In this document: piece by piece, positions 25,601-39,397 of the stretch
Position numbering within the stretch: position 1 is the stretch's first letter
Layout: every line of letters begins with the position of its first letter
Origin: Paraphysomonas bandaiensis
Lineage: Eukaryota; Protista; Chrysophyceae
Assembly: GCA_965644295.1 (NCBI GenBank)
Contig: CBFFRP010000342.1
Location: forward strand, 1 to 64,000
Length of the DNA: 64,000 nucleotides
Reading direction: 5' to 3'
Notes under the pieces: model-generated
Told to the model about the DNA's origin: nothing
What the model saw: the letters and a program-made list of their open reading frames with translations, nothing else
Database searches by the model: none
Made by a program: the position numbers and the translations under genes

Positions 25601-28600
25601 GTCTCCAACAGTCACCGTCTTGTATTCAGATTTTATTCGTTTATTCACAGACTTTATTATATTCAATCTTTCTGGTACTAACACCTCGTCTAGGTAGGTA
25701 AACGCAACATCAATGAAAGCTTCGGTAGCCTCAGTATTGAACTCAAACGATGGCAGCGCAAGTGTGGATGTAGGTGCTTTCGTCGAATGTCCAGCATCGC
25801 TGACGAGAGTACTGATATTAGTATTACTGACTGACTGCCCCAAAGGTGGAGCTTCAACCAGAGACGCCGATACGGGAGAAGCTCCTACTGTAGCCTCTTT
25901 AAGCCGCGTTTTTATGTCAGGTGAAGTGGGATTCAACGTCTGCTGGGTGCTTGCAGAAACCCGAGCGAGCGCGCTCCCCATAAGCACATCCAAAGACTGA
26001 GCTGCAACTCTTGAAGCTTCACTGGGGTTTGAAAGCATCGCGTAGCACTTGATAAGTATCTGTGATTGCAAAGAAAGACAATAACAATCACCCGCCAGTT
26101 CCACCTACAAATCAAAGTAACTCAACAAAGGCCTCTAAGTCTCACATAGAATGCCTTACCTGTGATGCAATAGACGATATCATACGCACAGCATCACCCG
26201 CATTGCCTGTTCTGCAATAAATATCCGCTAGAATCGTTGAGGCAACTATGTGCGATCTGATGTCTCCCACAGCTTGGCTCTCCATTACAACGAAAGTAGC
26301 AATTCGCTTGCACTTCCCAAGTAAACCCATATTTAACATACACTTACAAAGGTCAATATAGCAAGATAACTCGTCAACTTCAGAACTGTACTCTTTAGTC
26401 CATGTAGGAATATCAAACGGATTCCGTTTTGTCACCGTGGTGGGCCTAGCCGAGGAGCTGTGTCTGCTGCCACGACTGGACTGACGAGTGGACTGCCGAC
26501 TTAAACTACTGGAATCCGCCAATGAGCGCTCATCTGGCTCAAAAGTAACCTCCTTCAATGGAGTAAAATCTGATGACTTCGACGCAATATTAGATACAAA
26601 CTCCTCAACTACAGTAGTTGAGTCCCCAAGGGTACTAGGAAGGACGACGATATCTGCTACAACACATTCATCTTCATCCGCATCACTATCTTGTTGCGAT
26701 GGCTGCTTATGTATAGCATTCGAACGGGACAGCAGATCCATTGTCCTAAAGTGTAATACCGAGTATATCGGTTCTGGGTTCTTAATATTGTTTCCGTACA
26801 TCAGACAGAGTCTCGCCCAAGCTAAACACAACAATGCGCTCTTGGGATAACCATTGCGTTCAAGGCTATCAGCTAGTACACCCATGTAGTACACTGTAAG
26901 CTGCAGCGCCTGCAAGGACGATTTCGACGGAACCATAAGAGGAAGCCTCTCAGTTGCCTTCACCATGAGAACGTTGAACTCTTTAGACGGAGTCCACGAT
27001 ACCAAATCAACTGCATCTGTTGGTATGCGACTGGAATTTACAAGACTGGCAACATAATCCGCTGATAACTTTGTGCCAGTCGAACCCTCACCGTCATCTT
27101 TAGACGTGGAACTCTCACTTGCGAACTTCATTGCAATGTCATTAGCAGCCCAGTCGATTTCACCTTGCCACAAATTCAATGCTCGCTCTACAAAAAACAC
27201 CCCTTCGATGCACCTGTCAACTTTTTTCTCAGATGAGTGTTCTAGCACGGAAAGCATTGCCAGTCCTCGAATAGCTTGATCAAGCTGCAGCATATTTAGC
27301 CGATTTACATCAGCCATTAGGTCAGATTTTTCTGATCGAGCCCTATGACTCGATGATCGACTCTTCAGTAGCGCCGTGCCACGACGAGATTGTCCCCCAC
27401 GCTTACTTGACTGAGACATTCTAGACATGGTAGACTTCTTACTGTTAGTACTACGACCAGTTCGCGTCGTAGCTCTGCTAGATTCGCTCATACCCCCATC
27501 ACCTTCATCTTTTTCTTCCAATATTTGCTCTTCGATTTCGTATAATGCATCGACAGCTGCAAGAAGAATCTCCACAGCTACAACTCGAGGCATACCTGAC
27601 AAGACAGATATTAAAGACATTTTCTACGCGATGCATAAATCATCACACCTGCAGAGCATATCCACTGGGCTGTTTCTAACATATACTCTACCCGTTGAAC
27701 GTTATCCCTTAAAATCTCCACAACTTTGCGATATGCTTCTAGCTGTTGCTTATGTTTCGAGGCACTTCGCGCAAGGATAGCATACACTCGTGCTTGAAGA
27801 GTAGGGTCATTTTCCTTTAACTTTTGTATGCCATCCAAAACACTCTTTCCAAGTTTACTCATCACGATAACTCTCCATTTCCAGAGTGGTTTTTGTAGGC
27901 GAACAGGTACGTTACTAAAAGCATCCAAGACAGTATTCATGGCTTCTTTCCAGTCCTGAGAATGAGCGTACTCCTCAATAACGGCCAAGTAAAACCTCAA
28001 TTTAACAGCATTCACACGGTCCTCGGTTTCGTCCGCCGCATTATCATCTTCTTCATCCTCATCCTCCGGCTCTTCAACTGTGCAAAATAAAAGAGTTTTA
28101 ATAATCTGCTTTTGTAGTGTTATCAAACTTTTCTGCACGGCATTTCGATTTCGTTGGCCACTACACACTTCGTCTACTAATGGCATCGAAATATTCCAAG
28201 CATCGATTGCAGGGGCAATAATAAGACTATCTATTTCAGCATTCTCGGCGAATTGGCAACTAAGAGATAAGTGCCGTAACGACGCAAGCATGAGCTGATT
28301 ACGAAGGCCCTTTTCTTGACCTTCAGCTTTTATAATTCGGGAGATGGCGATGCCCATAAACCTTTCACATAAACTAGCCCAACGCCACACACGTTTATGC
28401 ACTCGTCCTCTAACATTACTGTCTTGTACCTGGTGGCTACCGCCGTCATCTAAAGGAGCAGTTATTCCTTTGTGAACTATTTGCATACACTCGATGGCAG
28501 CTGAATTAGTCCCATAAATATTTCCTACTTTAAGATTTGCACGAGCAAGTCTTGCCCAGCAAGCAACAAGCATTTCTTGAAACTGATCGTTCTCTTCCTG

Positions 28601-31600
28601 TGTGAGCGGAATCACCTGATTATCAGCACTCACCCTGTTATTGATTTTCGATATAGCTGTCATGACCTCTCCTTTCATTAGTACTGTAGCTTTTTCAATA
28701 AGACCAGGAATAAGATCCGCTCTGGACGCGTCGTCACCTATCGAAGCAGTACCATATATTTCAATCACAACAAGTAACCCAATCGTATTTAAAATAGGAT
28801 GATCGAACACAGGAATAGGGGCATCAACAGACCCTTTCTTCCCCCCCTTTCCGGCAGCGCCTCCTCCACCCTGCACTGATAAGCGAGAAACTAGCTCACA
28901 CAAACGACGCCTGACGTAGACGCTGACATCTCCCTCTCCAGCACATCCACTCATGGCAGTGTCCATGGCCTGAGATATGTTGCCTTCGGCTTCACGAGCA
29001 AGTGCCAACGCCTCAATTAAGTTAACTTGTAATTTGCGATCAACGGTGGGGTGATTTCCCTTCTCAGTTCCAGCTTTTCCACTTGCAGCAATGCGAGACG
29101 CAGATGCCATCGATACTACTTCAAGTGATTCTACAGCACTCTGTAGGAAGTCCACGCATTCTGGCATAATCAGGTGGTACAAGCTTTTCCGAAAAACGTG
29201 TATATTAATATTCCAAAAGTATATGATGACATTCTGTACAGCGATAACGTCAACCTCTTCCGTAGCTAAAGCGAGAGCTTTTCGTAATAATTTAATTACC
29301 ATCCGCTTAATATCCATCATAGATTTGGTAGCTCGATTCGGCTCCGAATCGCTATTAACAAATTCATGTGCCTGATCTTCTTCTATAGCGGAAAAACTGG
29401 ACTTTGGTGCTGATAGGCTGGCCCGAATACCCATTGCTCTTGGATCAACAACAGTAGATCCAGGTAACGGTTCGTCATCGAGTACGCTTTCATCACCTAC
29501 AACCGTCTGCGGTGGGATGATAATGAAATCGTCGTCACATACTGTCAGACTGTCCATTCGATTAATCAGACTCTCGGCCAACATACACGCGGCTTCAATT
29601 TGACCCACGATTAATTTGCGAACCATTACATCTCTAGGCTTCCAACTCTGTGACAAAATGTAAAGTAGAGATTTCTCGACAATATAGCACAACTCCAGCT
29701 TGTACTCATCATCTTTTCGTGAAGCAAACCCGCCAAATGATCCGCTGCGATATACTTCTGCTTGGGAAACATGACCACATACAGCAATCGTAGTCATAAT
29801 ATTGACACGTTTTTGTGTCAGCTTTAACAAATCTTTCGGAGATCTCTTTTTGGTTTCATCATCCGAATTATCACAAATACTATCAATCACTCCATCGATT
29901 GCGGAAAGAGGCAATACACAGCCCTTGACCTTGCTGGTGCTCTCCATAGAAGACGCTGTTGACTTACGTGACTGTAGGGTAGTGTCTGACTGCATCAATG
30001 CACCCTGGCTCTCCATGCACTTTTCAACTTGTTGGTATAAGTCATTATCTTCATTCTTCAAAGTCTCAAACATCATACTGGCCGATTTTGAGAGCATCTC
30101 TTTCTTGTACCTCTTGGAGCTGCTCTCTCGTATTTGCTGAAGGTTGGTGGCCACCTGATCTTCAACTGTATCAGGAGTGCTATACACACTGGATCGAAGA
30201 AAAAGGGTTTCAGCAAGGGGGTCAAGGTAGACATCCAGTGGACGATCAGAATCAAAACCAGGGTTATCTTTCCGTGGGGGCATCAAAGTTGCCTTCTCTT
30301 TCTCAGGTGGCGCTGATTCTTTCAAGGCTTTTGACGATGCCTGTGATTTTAGAGGAGAAACCGGTCTAGTTTCAGCCAGGGCTGTAGAAGCATTAGCTAA
30401 CCCTCCATAATCAAGGTTCAGAGCCTTAACAGATTCGGTGTGTGCCTTAACAACGAAGTCTACCGCTTCTTCACACCTAGCCAACTCATAATGAACTTGA
30501 GCACGCAATCGAAGCAGTGGTGAGTCGATTTCAGACAGAGCAGCAGATATGAGTTGAATAGATCTATGAATACGCTTACGGAGGTGTGGCTGTATAAGTG
30601 GGTAGATTGTATTCCAAATTTCAATGCATATTTCTTGAGTTAGAGCTGCGTCCTTCACTCGACTTTGGCAGACTGACAAGACTCTCTCCAGTAGCTTTAT
30701 AGCCTCCAGTCTATTACTGATAGAAAAACCTTCCACCTGTTTTTCGCTAAGTAGAGGTGCGGATGGGCCATCCAATTCATCTTTAGAACCACTCAATATC
30801 GCAGTGTTATTGCAGTCGTCCACCATCAACACTGCAGTGCATAGATCTTGCTTGACCAGAAGAACAGCGGTTAGGATGCCAGCAGAGCGAACCATCTCCT
30901 TCCCCAATTCGGCACACTTGACAGATATTTCTTTAAGTGCCCCGCCATCCTTTCCGCCACCAAGATTCCTTGCAATTCGACAGCAATCAAATAGGGTCTC
31001 TGCAGCTTGTGGTGATGCCGCCGTAGCCTCATTTTCAGCAACTATACTACGTAGAGTGGATTCATGCTCATTGGGAGGTATGCAGCCGGCCAGCATGCAG
31101 TGTAACAGAGCCAAGGACTTCATTCGAAGAGACTGAGTGATCTGTTTGTATACTTCAATCTACGGATTATTCACACAAAGGAACTACCTGTGGGGTACCG
31201 GCTAGTCTCTTGGCATCCGATGGCAGGGCATAAACCCGTTGCATGTACAGTCGCATCACCCGATCCACCAGTGGCATTTTTTTTTCTACCAAGCTTTTAC
31301 ACTCGTCTTTTAATTGAGATGACTGTATCTGCAGAGTTTTTAATTGCTCATTGAGATCTTCCAGTGACTCAAAAGGCTCATTTTGACCTGTACTACCCAC
31401 TTCCTCGTCTACTGCATCTACAACAAGGTTACATAAGACTGTACGCAATACACGAGAAAATCACACAATATATACCTCCAACAACTTCCTCTCCATTAGC
31501 CACTCTCCTTTTCTCCTCTGCGGCTGCCTGATCTAGGCGCTCCTCAGCGGCATGGATTCTTTTGTGAGTATTCTCAATGTCTTTGGCAAGTTTCATGGCT

Positions 31601-32397
31601 TCATCATTTTTGCTGTTTTCTTGGCTTGAGATCTCTGCTACTGCATTTTCGGCAAGAGCAATCGCCTTGTCAAGCATTTCACTGCCTTTCGAACCGCTTT
31701 CCGCGTCTCCTAAGCAGTAAGATGTACCAGCATAGAAATTAATGAGCCAGTTTTTATCTACATCTTCCAGTGTCTCTAATGAATTGCACACCTTGACCAT
31801 TTCATCAACAAAGAACTTAGCGCGAGTTATCCTTAAAAATTGCCTAACAATTTTCCAACACTCAACAGACACATTAAATACAATGAACTGGTATCTGTTC
31901 TTATTCTCAGGTAGTGTTGCGACATCAAGTGCGACTAAGAGCTCGACCAAAGCAAGTTTGCGCTGCATCAGACTCGCTTCACCGTAAGTGCTATCAGCTT
32001 CGAAATCAATAAGCAAGCCAAGAATTATTTTAGCTCTACAATAGTACTGATCGTGTTGGGGAGATTTTAAAAGAAATTCTTCCACAATTTGGCGACAAAT
32101 AACTCTGTTTTCGGTTGCAAATGCTGCTTCAGCCGCAAGTACAATAAGTTCGGCATGATGTTGATTCTGTACGCGGACACTGTTAATATTTCTATCCAAT
32201 CGTTTCAAATTTTCATATCCCTCCTATATACAGAGTCACATAATAAGAAAGAAAGAATAAACTATTCAGTTTACCTGAAACAAATCATTTGCTTCCGCTT
32301 TAACAGCTGCTACTTTAGTTTTTTCAACATGTACAGCACTCTCTGCTACAGAAATGGCTTTTGAAAAGATACTTAATAAAGAATTCACAAGTGCCAT
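22642..32397 (-). CDS. CFAP46: Cilia- and flagella-associated protein 46-like (TPR-like, ~3000 aa), multi-exon
   Basis: N-terminal ELIVLAAEAA...RYQFIVFNVSVECWKIVRQFL, then LRAQVHYELARCEE...KALNLDY and LRSSVYSTPDTVEDQ, and C-terminal WQRLSI and LPFEALP...ISRDFS recall CFAP46/TTC40. GT-AG joins link the long ORFs. Confidence 0.75.
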
Positions 32398-33319
32398 TAC
32401 AATGTAACTATAATCCGTACAATACAAACACAAGAGATATAAAATACAGTGTTTTGAAGTTTCAATTGAACTCAAATTATATATACATTCAACTAGTAAT
32501 GTAACACTACACACACTGTTCCAGTTATCCACACATATGATGATAAGATATCACTTATGATAAAGGATATAAATTAATAAGTTTCTTATCCTTTTCTAAT
32601 CTTAATAATGATATGTGTGGGATGATATATATGTATATATATAGTCTTCATTGAACTCATATGATATGTACGTATATTGTCTCTATGATATGTACATGTA
32701 TGTATATATATATACAGACTAACACACTGTATAATTGAAACCGACTCCCTACAAACATGCTAGTTTTTTCAGTTTGGTTTGAAGAATAAGCTATATATTA
32801 GGATATTCATAGAAACTATGGGTTTTTAGTCAGTTGGTTATAAAAACTTCTGTATTTTTAGTAATTGAAACGACTCCCAAAGCCTGTTTTTCTAGTTTTT
32901 CAAAATAAAACGCTATATATCTGGATATTTGTAGAAACTATGGAAATATAATACAGCAATAAAGTCATTAGACATCATCATCAGCATCTATCTATCTGTT
33001 ACACCTCGAGTAGCATACATCCCCATACATACATATGCATACATATACACACATATACATACATATGATACGCATGTTAACTATAGAAAGTTACGTATCA
33101 ATACAACATAACGATCTGTAACACTCTCATGTAATCATTATAATTACATTAACACACATCCTTATAGTGTGTTGTTTAATACTTCCTCATTTCATACTCT
33201 CATATATTATTCCAACTCATTTATCTATCCTCTACTTACATATATCCCAATTATTAAAAAAATATACCAATCTATTAATTAATTCATAGATAATTTGATC
33301 AATATATCAGTATATATCA

Positions 33320-34604
33320 ATGGATAACGAAGATTCAGCTGTACAAGATTTTTTGGAGATTCTTGAAGAACATCGAAAGAATTGTGAACGACAAGGAAAA
33401 TATGTGGAAGCTGAGATTGCTAAAAATCGATTGGAAGAATTAAAATTACATGAAGAAAATAGAAGACGAGTATGTGAATATACATGTATATATGTATGAG
33501 TGTATGATATGAGTATATGAGTATGTGAATATACATGTATATGACTATATGAGTATATGAGTGTGATATGAAGTGTGTGGTATATGGATATGAGTGTATG
33601 TATATGAGTATATGAAGTGTATGTATGAGTGTATGAGTATGTGAATATATATGTATATGACTATATGAGTATGGTATGAGTGTATGTGTATGTGTATGAG
33701 TATATGAGTGTGATGTGAAGTGTATGAAGTGTGTGGTATATGCATATGGCATGAGTGTATGTATGTATATGTATGAGTGTATGTGTGTATAAGTACATAT
33801 GCATATATACATGAAGGGGAGTAACACACATATATATATATATCAACAGGAAGCAATGAGATCAAGACAAATTGCTGAACGTCTTGGTGTTGAAGAAGCT
33901 CATATGCTTGAATTTCAACAATTTAATATGATCTGGGATCAAAAGATGGCAGAGTATGAAGCCCATGCAGAGGAACTCGTGGAGGCAATGAAAGAACGAC
34001 ATGCAGCTGAATTAAGAGATTATCAAAGACGTTTAATGACAAAACAAATACGTCCAAAATTTTCAAAAGATTTATTAAATTTAAGAAAAATTCAAGAAAC
34101 GTTAGCGAAACAAAAAGAGTATGTGTATGTATTGTATTGTATCGTATATTCTAATAGATGATATATAGCTATGCTGAAGCACATAAAATAAAGCTTAAAG
34201 CTGATGCTTTGGAAGCTTGGGAATTGGAAAAATGGCATAGTCAAAGGCAACAAGATTTGCTTGCGAAAGAGGGGAAGTTTAAACATGTGAAGCAGCAGGA
34301 GCTCGTAGCCCTACAAAAGAGAATACAAACAGGGAGAGAGGAGCAAAAGAAACAAAGACACCAGGATCTTGAAAGGTAGAGTGGTTTTATGTTTGTAGTA
34401 ACTGACATCTCATATTACTGCGGTAGGTTGTTGCAACGCTATCAAAACGTGAAAGCTGAGCTTGAGGCGCAACAGAATTTGGAAAGAGTGCGTATGGAAA
34501 AACTCGTCCAGAGTGGTGCTCTCACTGGTAGCGGCCCACGCAAGCAACAACATAAAACTCGTGGTATGTCGAGAAGTGGTACCGTGGAGTCAGTAGAAGA
34601 TTAA
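33320..34604 (+). CDS. Conserved coiled-coil protein of ciliated protists, 4 exons
   Basis: Exons 33320-33469, 33850-34118, 34169-34375 and 34427-34604 join in frame: LEEHRKNCERQGKYVEAEIAKNRLEEL...PKFSKDLLNLRKIQETLAKQKDYAEAH...LLQRYQNVK. Confidence 0.8.
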
Positions 34605-35251
34605 CCAGCTGGGATATATCGTGTCACGCGCTGTGACGGCACTGCTTACATGTTGTTGGTCATGATGTGCGTCACTATTAGTAAATATAGGAGTCAAGCT
34701 GTCTTTGATATCATATTCATATATATTCGTTAATAACCAAGTCTTAATTGTTGGTTTTCCGTATCACCCGTTGTGATTATTTATTCGTATCATGTTGTTG
34801 ACAGTTTAACATTTAACAGTATTCAGTTGTCACATTTATACAACAACATACCATAGTACTTCGCCGTGGTCCTCGTTTGTAGTAGTTCAGAGACGGTAGT
34901 GAATATTTTAAATGTGTCGATTTGAGCAGTGAATATTCAGTCTAATATTCTGACTTCATTTTTATAACTCTGCCGAAGGAACATTATATAGGAGTCTCTT
35001 CACTGATATAGGAGTGAAGAGGGACTACACAGTTAACTTCAAGTGAAGTTGCACTGAATCCCTTCCAGCTACAATACCTCATCTGCCGAACAACAGAAAG
35101 TTGTACACACGTACACCACATCCCAGAAATACACCTCTTTATTACTAACAAACACAGCTAAGTTCAATACCACATCACATTTTTGCACGATTACGCGAAC
35201 AACTTAAAGTCAGGTAATCATACTACCCACTACAAGTAGGAATCAATAGTC

Positions 35252-38200
35252 CTACTTCCTCGCCCCGCTACTTGCTCCCGCCGGCGCCTTTAGCTTTATC
35301 AGCCGCGCGCCTTTACTTAGTCGATCAATGACCATTCCAATGTGTTTGGTCAGCTTATCAATCCCGGGTAGCATTTCCATCTGGTGTGATATCAGAGCAG
35401 TCTCTTTAGCATTCTTTGCCAATGCAGTTCGTAGGAGGTATGTAAGAGACGCGTCGACTATTTCCTCCCACCCTTGTTCAGTTCCTTCTTCAATCTCTGG
35501 GCACAGGTACGACTCCAGCATTTGATGCTCCATCGGGGTCATACCAAACTTCAAGTAACTCAGTAAAGCCACCAGTTTCGACCCACTCTCTAAGTCGAAA
35601 CCAAGCCTCTTAATTTTCAACTTGTATTTGTTAACTTCCTGTCCTAGAACCATAAGCTGTTCGTATGACTCCCTCGATAGCACATCCAGCCCCGCAAGAG
35701 GTGACGGTGTGCGATCCTTGAATCGGGCAAGTAGCCGTTTTTCAATCATGCGATACTGGTGCGCACAATCATTTAGCTTGGACATTGAACTTTGCATACT
35801 CTTACGGGTTTCAAAGTGCTCACTGATAACAGAAAAGTAAGGGTCCAGCGGAATACTTTCAGAAAACGAGACAACAGAAAACTTCGGCTTGCCTGAGGCT
35901 CCATCATTAGCGCTGTTCATTTCTCGTAACCGTATCGTCAGTCGTTTTACCAATTCATTCGTCAGTGTATATAGCGCTGGAAGGGAGTCCGCTTGCACTC
36001 TGTATCGGCCACCAGCCTTTGACACAATAATGCTGCCAGAACTCGGTTGCAATTGTGTGCCCTTTGTTTCTTCTGATGTCGCTTCGGTAGGTTTCGCCCA
36101 GAACTGAAACCCAAGTGCCATAGCTCCTCCAGAAGCGTCAAGAACATCTCCTAAGTCAGAACCTCCTGACATTTCCCGTGCACTTTGAATGAAGTCAGAA
36201 AAGAGGTCAGATAAAGGTTGAGGTGGATGTTCGGTGTCAATTGTAAGCTTCAAAGGAGCTGACTTTGACGCTGCTCGAAGTTTGCATGCCAGAGATATTG
36301 GTAACGTGATAGAATGGGTGCATATACGGGGCTCCCCTCCAGGAGTGGTGTAGGTGGCAACTATCTGTGCATCGAGTGAAGATGGAAGATATGTTCGATT
36401 AGCAAAAAAAATCATGGTAAGAATAGTCGGTGTCGACTGAGCCCCTGCCACCTGCTGCAGCACGATATTCGAAGGAAAACAATATAGATGTGCCGGAGTG
36501 TTGACAGTGATATTGACATTAGTTGCTGCACTTTTACCGGAATAGGTAACGAAGACACGCACAGTGGCTTTCACAAGACTGTCCGCTATCCCCCCGCCAA
36601 CGTGAACTCGCACCGCGTCCTCAGGTGGACGTGTGCCCAAACTGTCCTCACCAGAATTCTTATCTAGTGTACGCGGTATTTGGCTACGAAGAGAGAGGGT
36701 GTCGTTCGGCTCACTCTTGTTGTCGCTTTGAAGGTCACGGATGATCTACCGAATGTGAAAGCATTATAAAAGATCATAACAAAGAGAAGGCATGCATCGA
36801 TCAGTTTCCCTACCTGTAGTAGTTTTCTGTGTTCATCATCTAGCTTCTCATAATCCAAATCGCGCTTAACACCTCCAATCGCAGTTATTGGGGGCTTCGT
36901 ACCAAGATATCCCACATTCAGCTGACCTGTTGAAGTAAATAATAAGTCGATAACGGCACAATATATCACTACAGTATACTGACCAGCATCTCCAATCGTA
37001 ACAATGAGACCTCTCTGTCCACCAAATTCAGCAACATTAACTTGCACAGGAACGTGATTCAACTACAATAAGTAGATAAGGTACCAATTTGCAACAATGG
37101 TCATAGTCATACCATAACTGCCCATACAAGCTGAAAGTCCACAAATATCTGTAACGTGTGGTCCCTACTGGCAAGAGCGAAGTTGTGCCCTTTCCCCACT
37201 CCGCCTTGATACACCGCTAGGCATGCAGGTTCTTTCTCAAGGCGTCGCTGCTGCACTATAGACCCGGTGTCCTACGAAATCATCTTAAGGTGAGATACGG
37301 CACAACAAATCAGCAAACCTTAAGAAGAAATAGAGAATGCTCTGTGAGAATGAGCAATTGCTCAACAAGTGTGCTGTCGCTGCCGCCTGTGTTGACAAAA
37401 CGTCCCTCGTTAATACTCATGCACGTTTCCCCAAGATTCACGCTCCACTCAACCATAGCACTGCGAACTGCTGTGAGACCATAGGCAGTGCGACGGTCTA
37501 TGAGAAGCGAGTTAGACAACGCGTGGAACAACTGGCTTAACTCAGCATACCTCCCCCCGCGTTTTCAGTGCGAGTGTCGTTTCCAATTTCCGCCTGTGTG
37601 TTTACCAGCACCTGGTATCTGTAGCATTCGACACGATTGGCATAATTGCTTGTGACGAAAGCATCACTGCGTCTCAGATAAAGAAAGTTTCCTGGAAGCA
37701 GGCAGTCCACTATCTGTCGGGTAAATGCCTCCGCTGACTGGTCGAAAAATTGCAACTTGCCATCCATCGACTGCACCATAATAACATCCTTGCCTACGCA
37801 CACACTCTTCAACAGATAGACAAGTTAATCTCAGGCACACACCTTTTACACCTCCGAAAGGCCCATAGAGCATATTGAAAGCAGTAAAATGCTTCCCCTC
37901 TAAACCTAGGTTGTGTTCATATACTTTGCTGAGAGTGTAGTATGCGGCTTTCGTCCCCTGTCCCCCTGTATTACAGAGCATCAATGCACAACAGTAAAAC
38001 AGAAAGTTGATTAACAAAAAAAGAAATATTCATATATATCATTGACATGCTGGCTTACCTTGAGGCATGAATTCAAACACTGATAACTTCCTCGGGTGCA
38101 GGACAGCTAACCCCATCACCTCAGGAGAGTTTGGAATAAACCGTCCAATCGCAATCTGTAAAATGGGTCCACCAAGTTGCTCTTCATGTATAAGATCCTC

Positions 38201-38493
38201 CACTACAATGATATCATATAATACTTGTATATATATAACAAATAGAGTATATATACCTCTAAAGTCAGCTTTAGTAGGAGAGAATACACGCAATACACCC
38301 GCTTGAGATCCGACTACAATCTTATCTGTATATATACATCATATTACTATATATGATCATATGAAATATGATAAAACATACCTTCCGGTGGGGAGGAATT
38401 GTCTAGATTACCTATAGCCATACAGCCTGTGTCATATTCTTCATCTGAACTGATTGATGTGCCCCAATAATCATGCAGCTGAAACACACTCAT
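35252..38493 (-). CDS. BBS9: Bardet-Biedl syndrome 9 (PTHB1), BBSome subunit, multi-exon
   Basis: MSVFQLHDYW...EEYDTGCMAIGNLDN...DKIVVGS, LAVLHPRKL, VQSMDG, GYLGTKP, GRYRVQAD, QYRMIEKRLLARFKDRTP and QGWEE. Confidence 0.93.
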
Positions 38494-39397
38494 TGATTAA
38501 TTATAATGAAATGTAATGAGTGTGTATAAGAGATGAATATAAGGGTAATGAATGGATATGAAGGTATTGTGATTGGATGAATAGGGTGTGGTTACACAGT
38601 CAGAGAGTGTTAGTATGAATTCGAGTTAAACTCTGCGCACTATGAGCCGATACATACATACACAGATACATATAGACATACATACATGTACATACATACA
38701 TACAGAGAGTAATACCTACATCTACATACATACGTATACATATACATACATATAGGGGAGCGTGATGTATGTACAATGCGAGAAGTAACGGTGCGTATAC
38801 AATAGTACATAAGTACGAGTACTTTGTAATAAAGCAGTACATTTGACAACACACATCTGTACATAAGTACGACTAGTTTGTAGTACAGCAGTACATTTGA
38901 CAACACAATATACCATATACAGTATCATACATCTGTACATAAGTACGAGTAGTTTGTAGTACAGCAGTACATTTGACAATCCTATATACTTCGTGCATAC
39001 CATATACAGTATCATATATCAGTACATATTGTAATACAACAGTACAACACAGCACGTATATACTATATACTCAATGTACCCTGTACTCAATCACACAAAA
39101 GTACACAAGTACATCAGTACAAAACTTTGAATCATTCTACACCATAAAAAACCAAATCTCAAAACTAAACCATCAATTTTCATATTCAAGTCTAGAACTA
39201 CATATAAAACCTTCTACCAAACCCCTGATTTCCATCATAAAAGTATATAAACCAGTAATTTTATAACATTTTCATCATGATTTTCTAGCTTACCTCCATT
39301 AAATATCACTCTGAATCTCATCATAATATTCATACCACCATAACTATAATATAACTCCTATTTCTATTATTAATATCAATCATTTTCATATTCTCAT

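Noticed and set aside
22661-32364. Many plus-strand ORFs opposite CFAP46 (and similar antisense ORFs elsewhere)
   Set aside because: Shadow ORFs of long coding exons with no recognisable motifs.
32930-32947. RFX X-box upstream of ciliary genes
   Set aside because: Only a partial match, and RFX factors are not expected in the inferred lineage.
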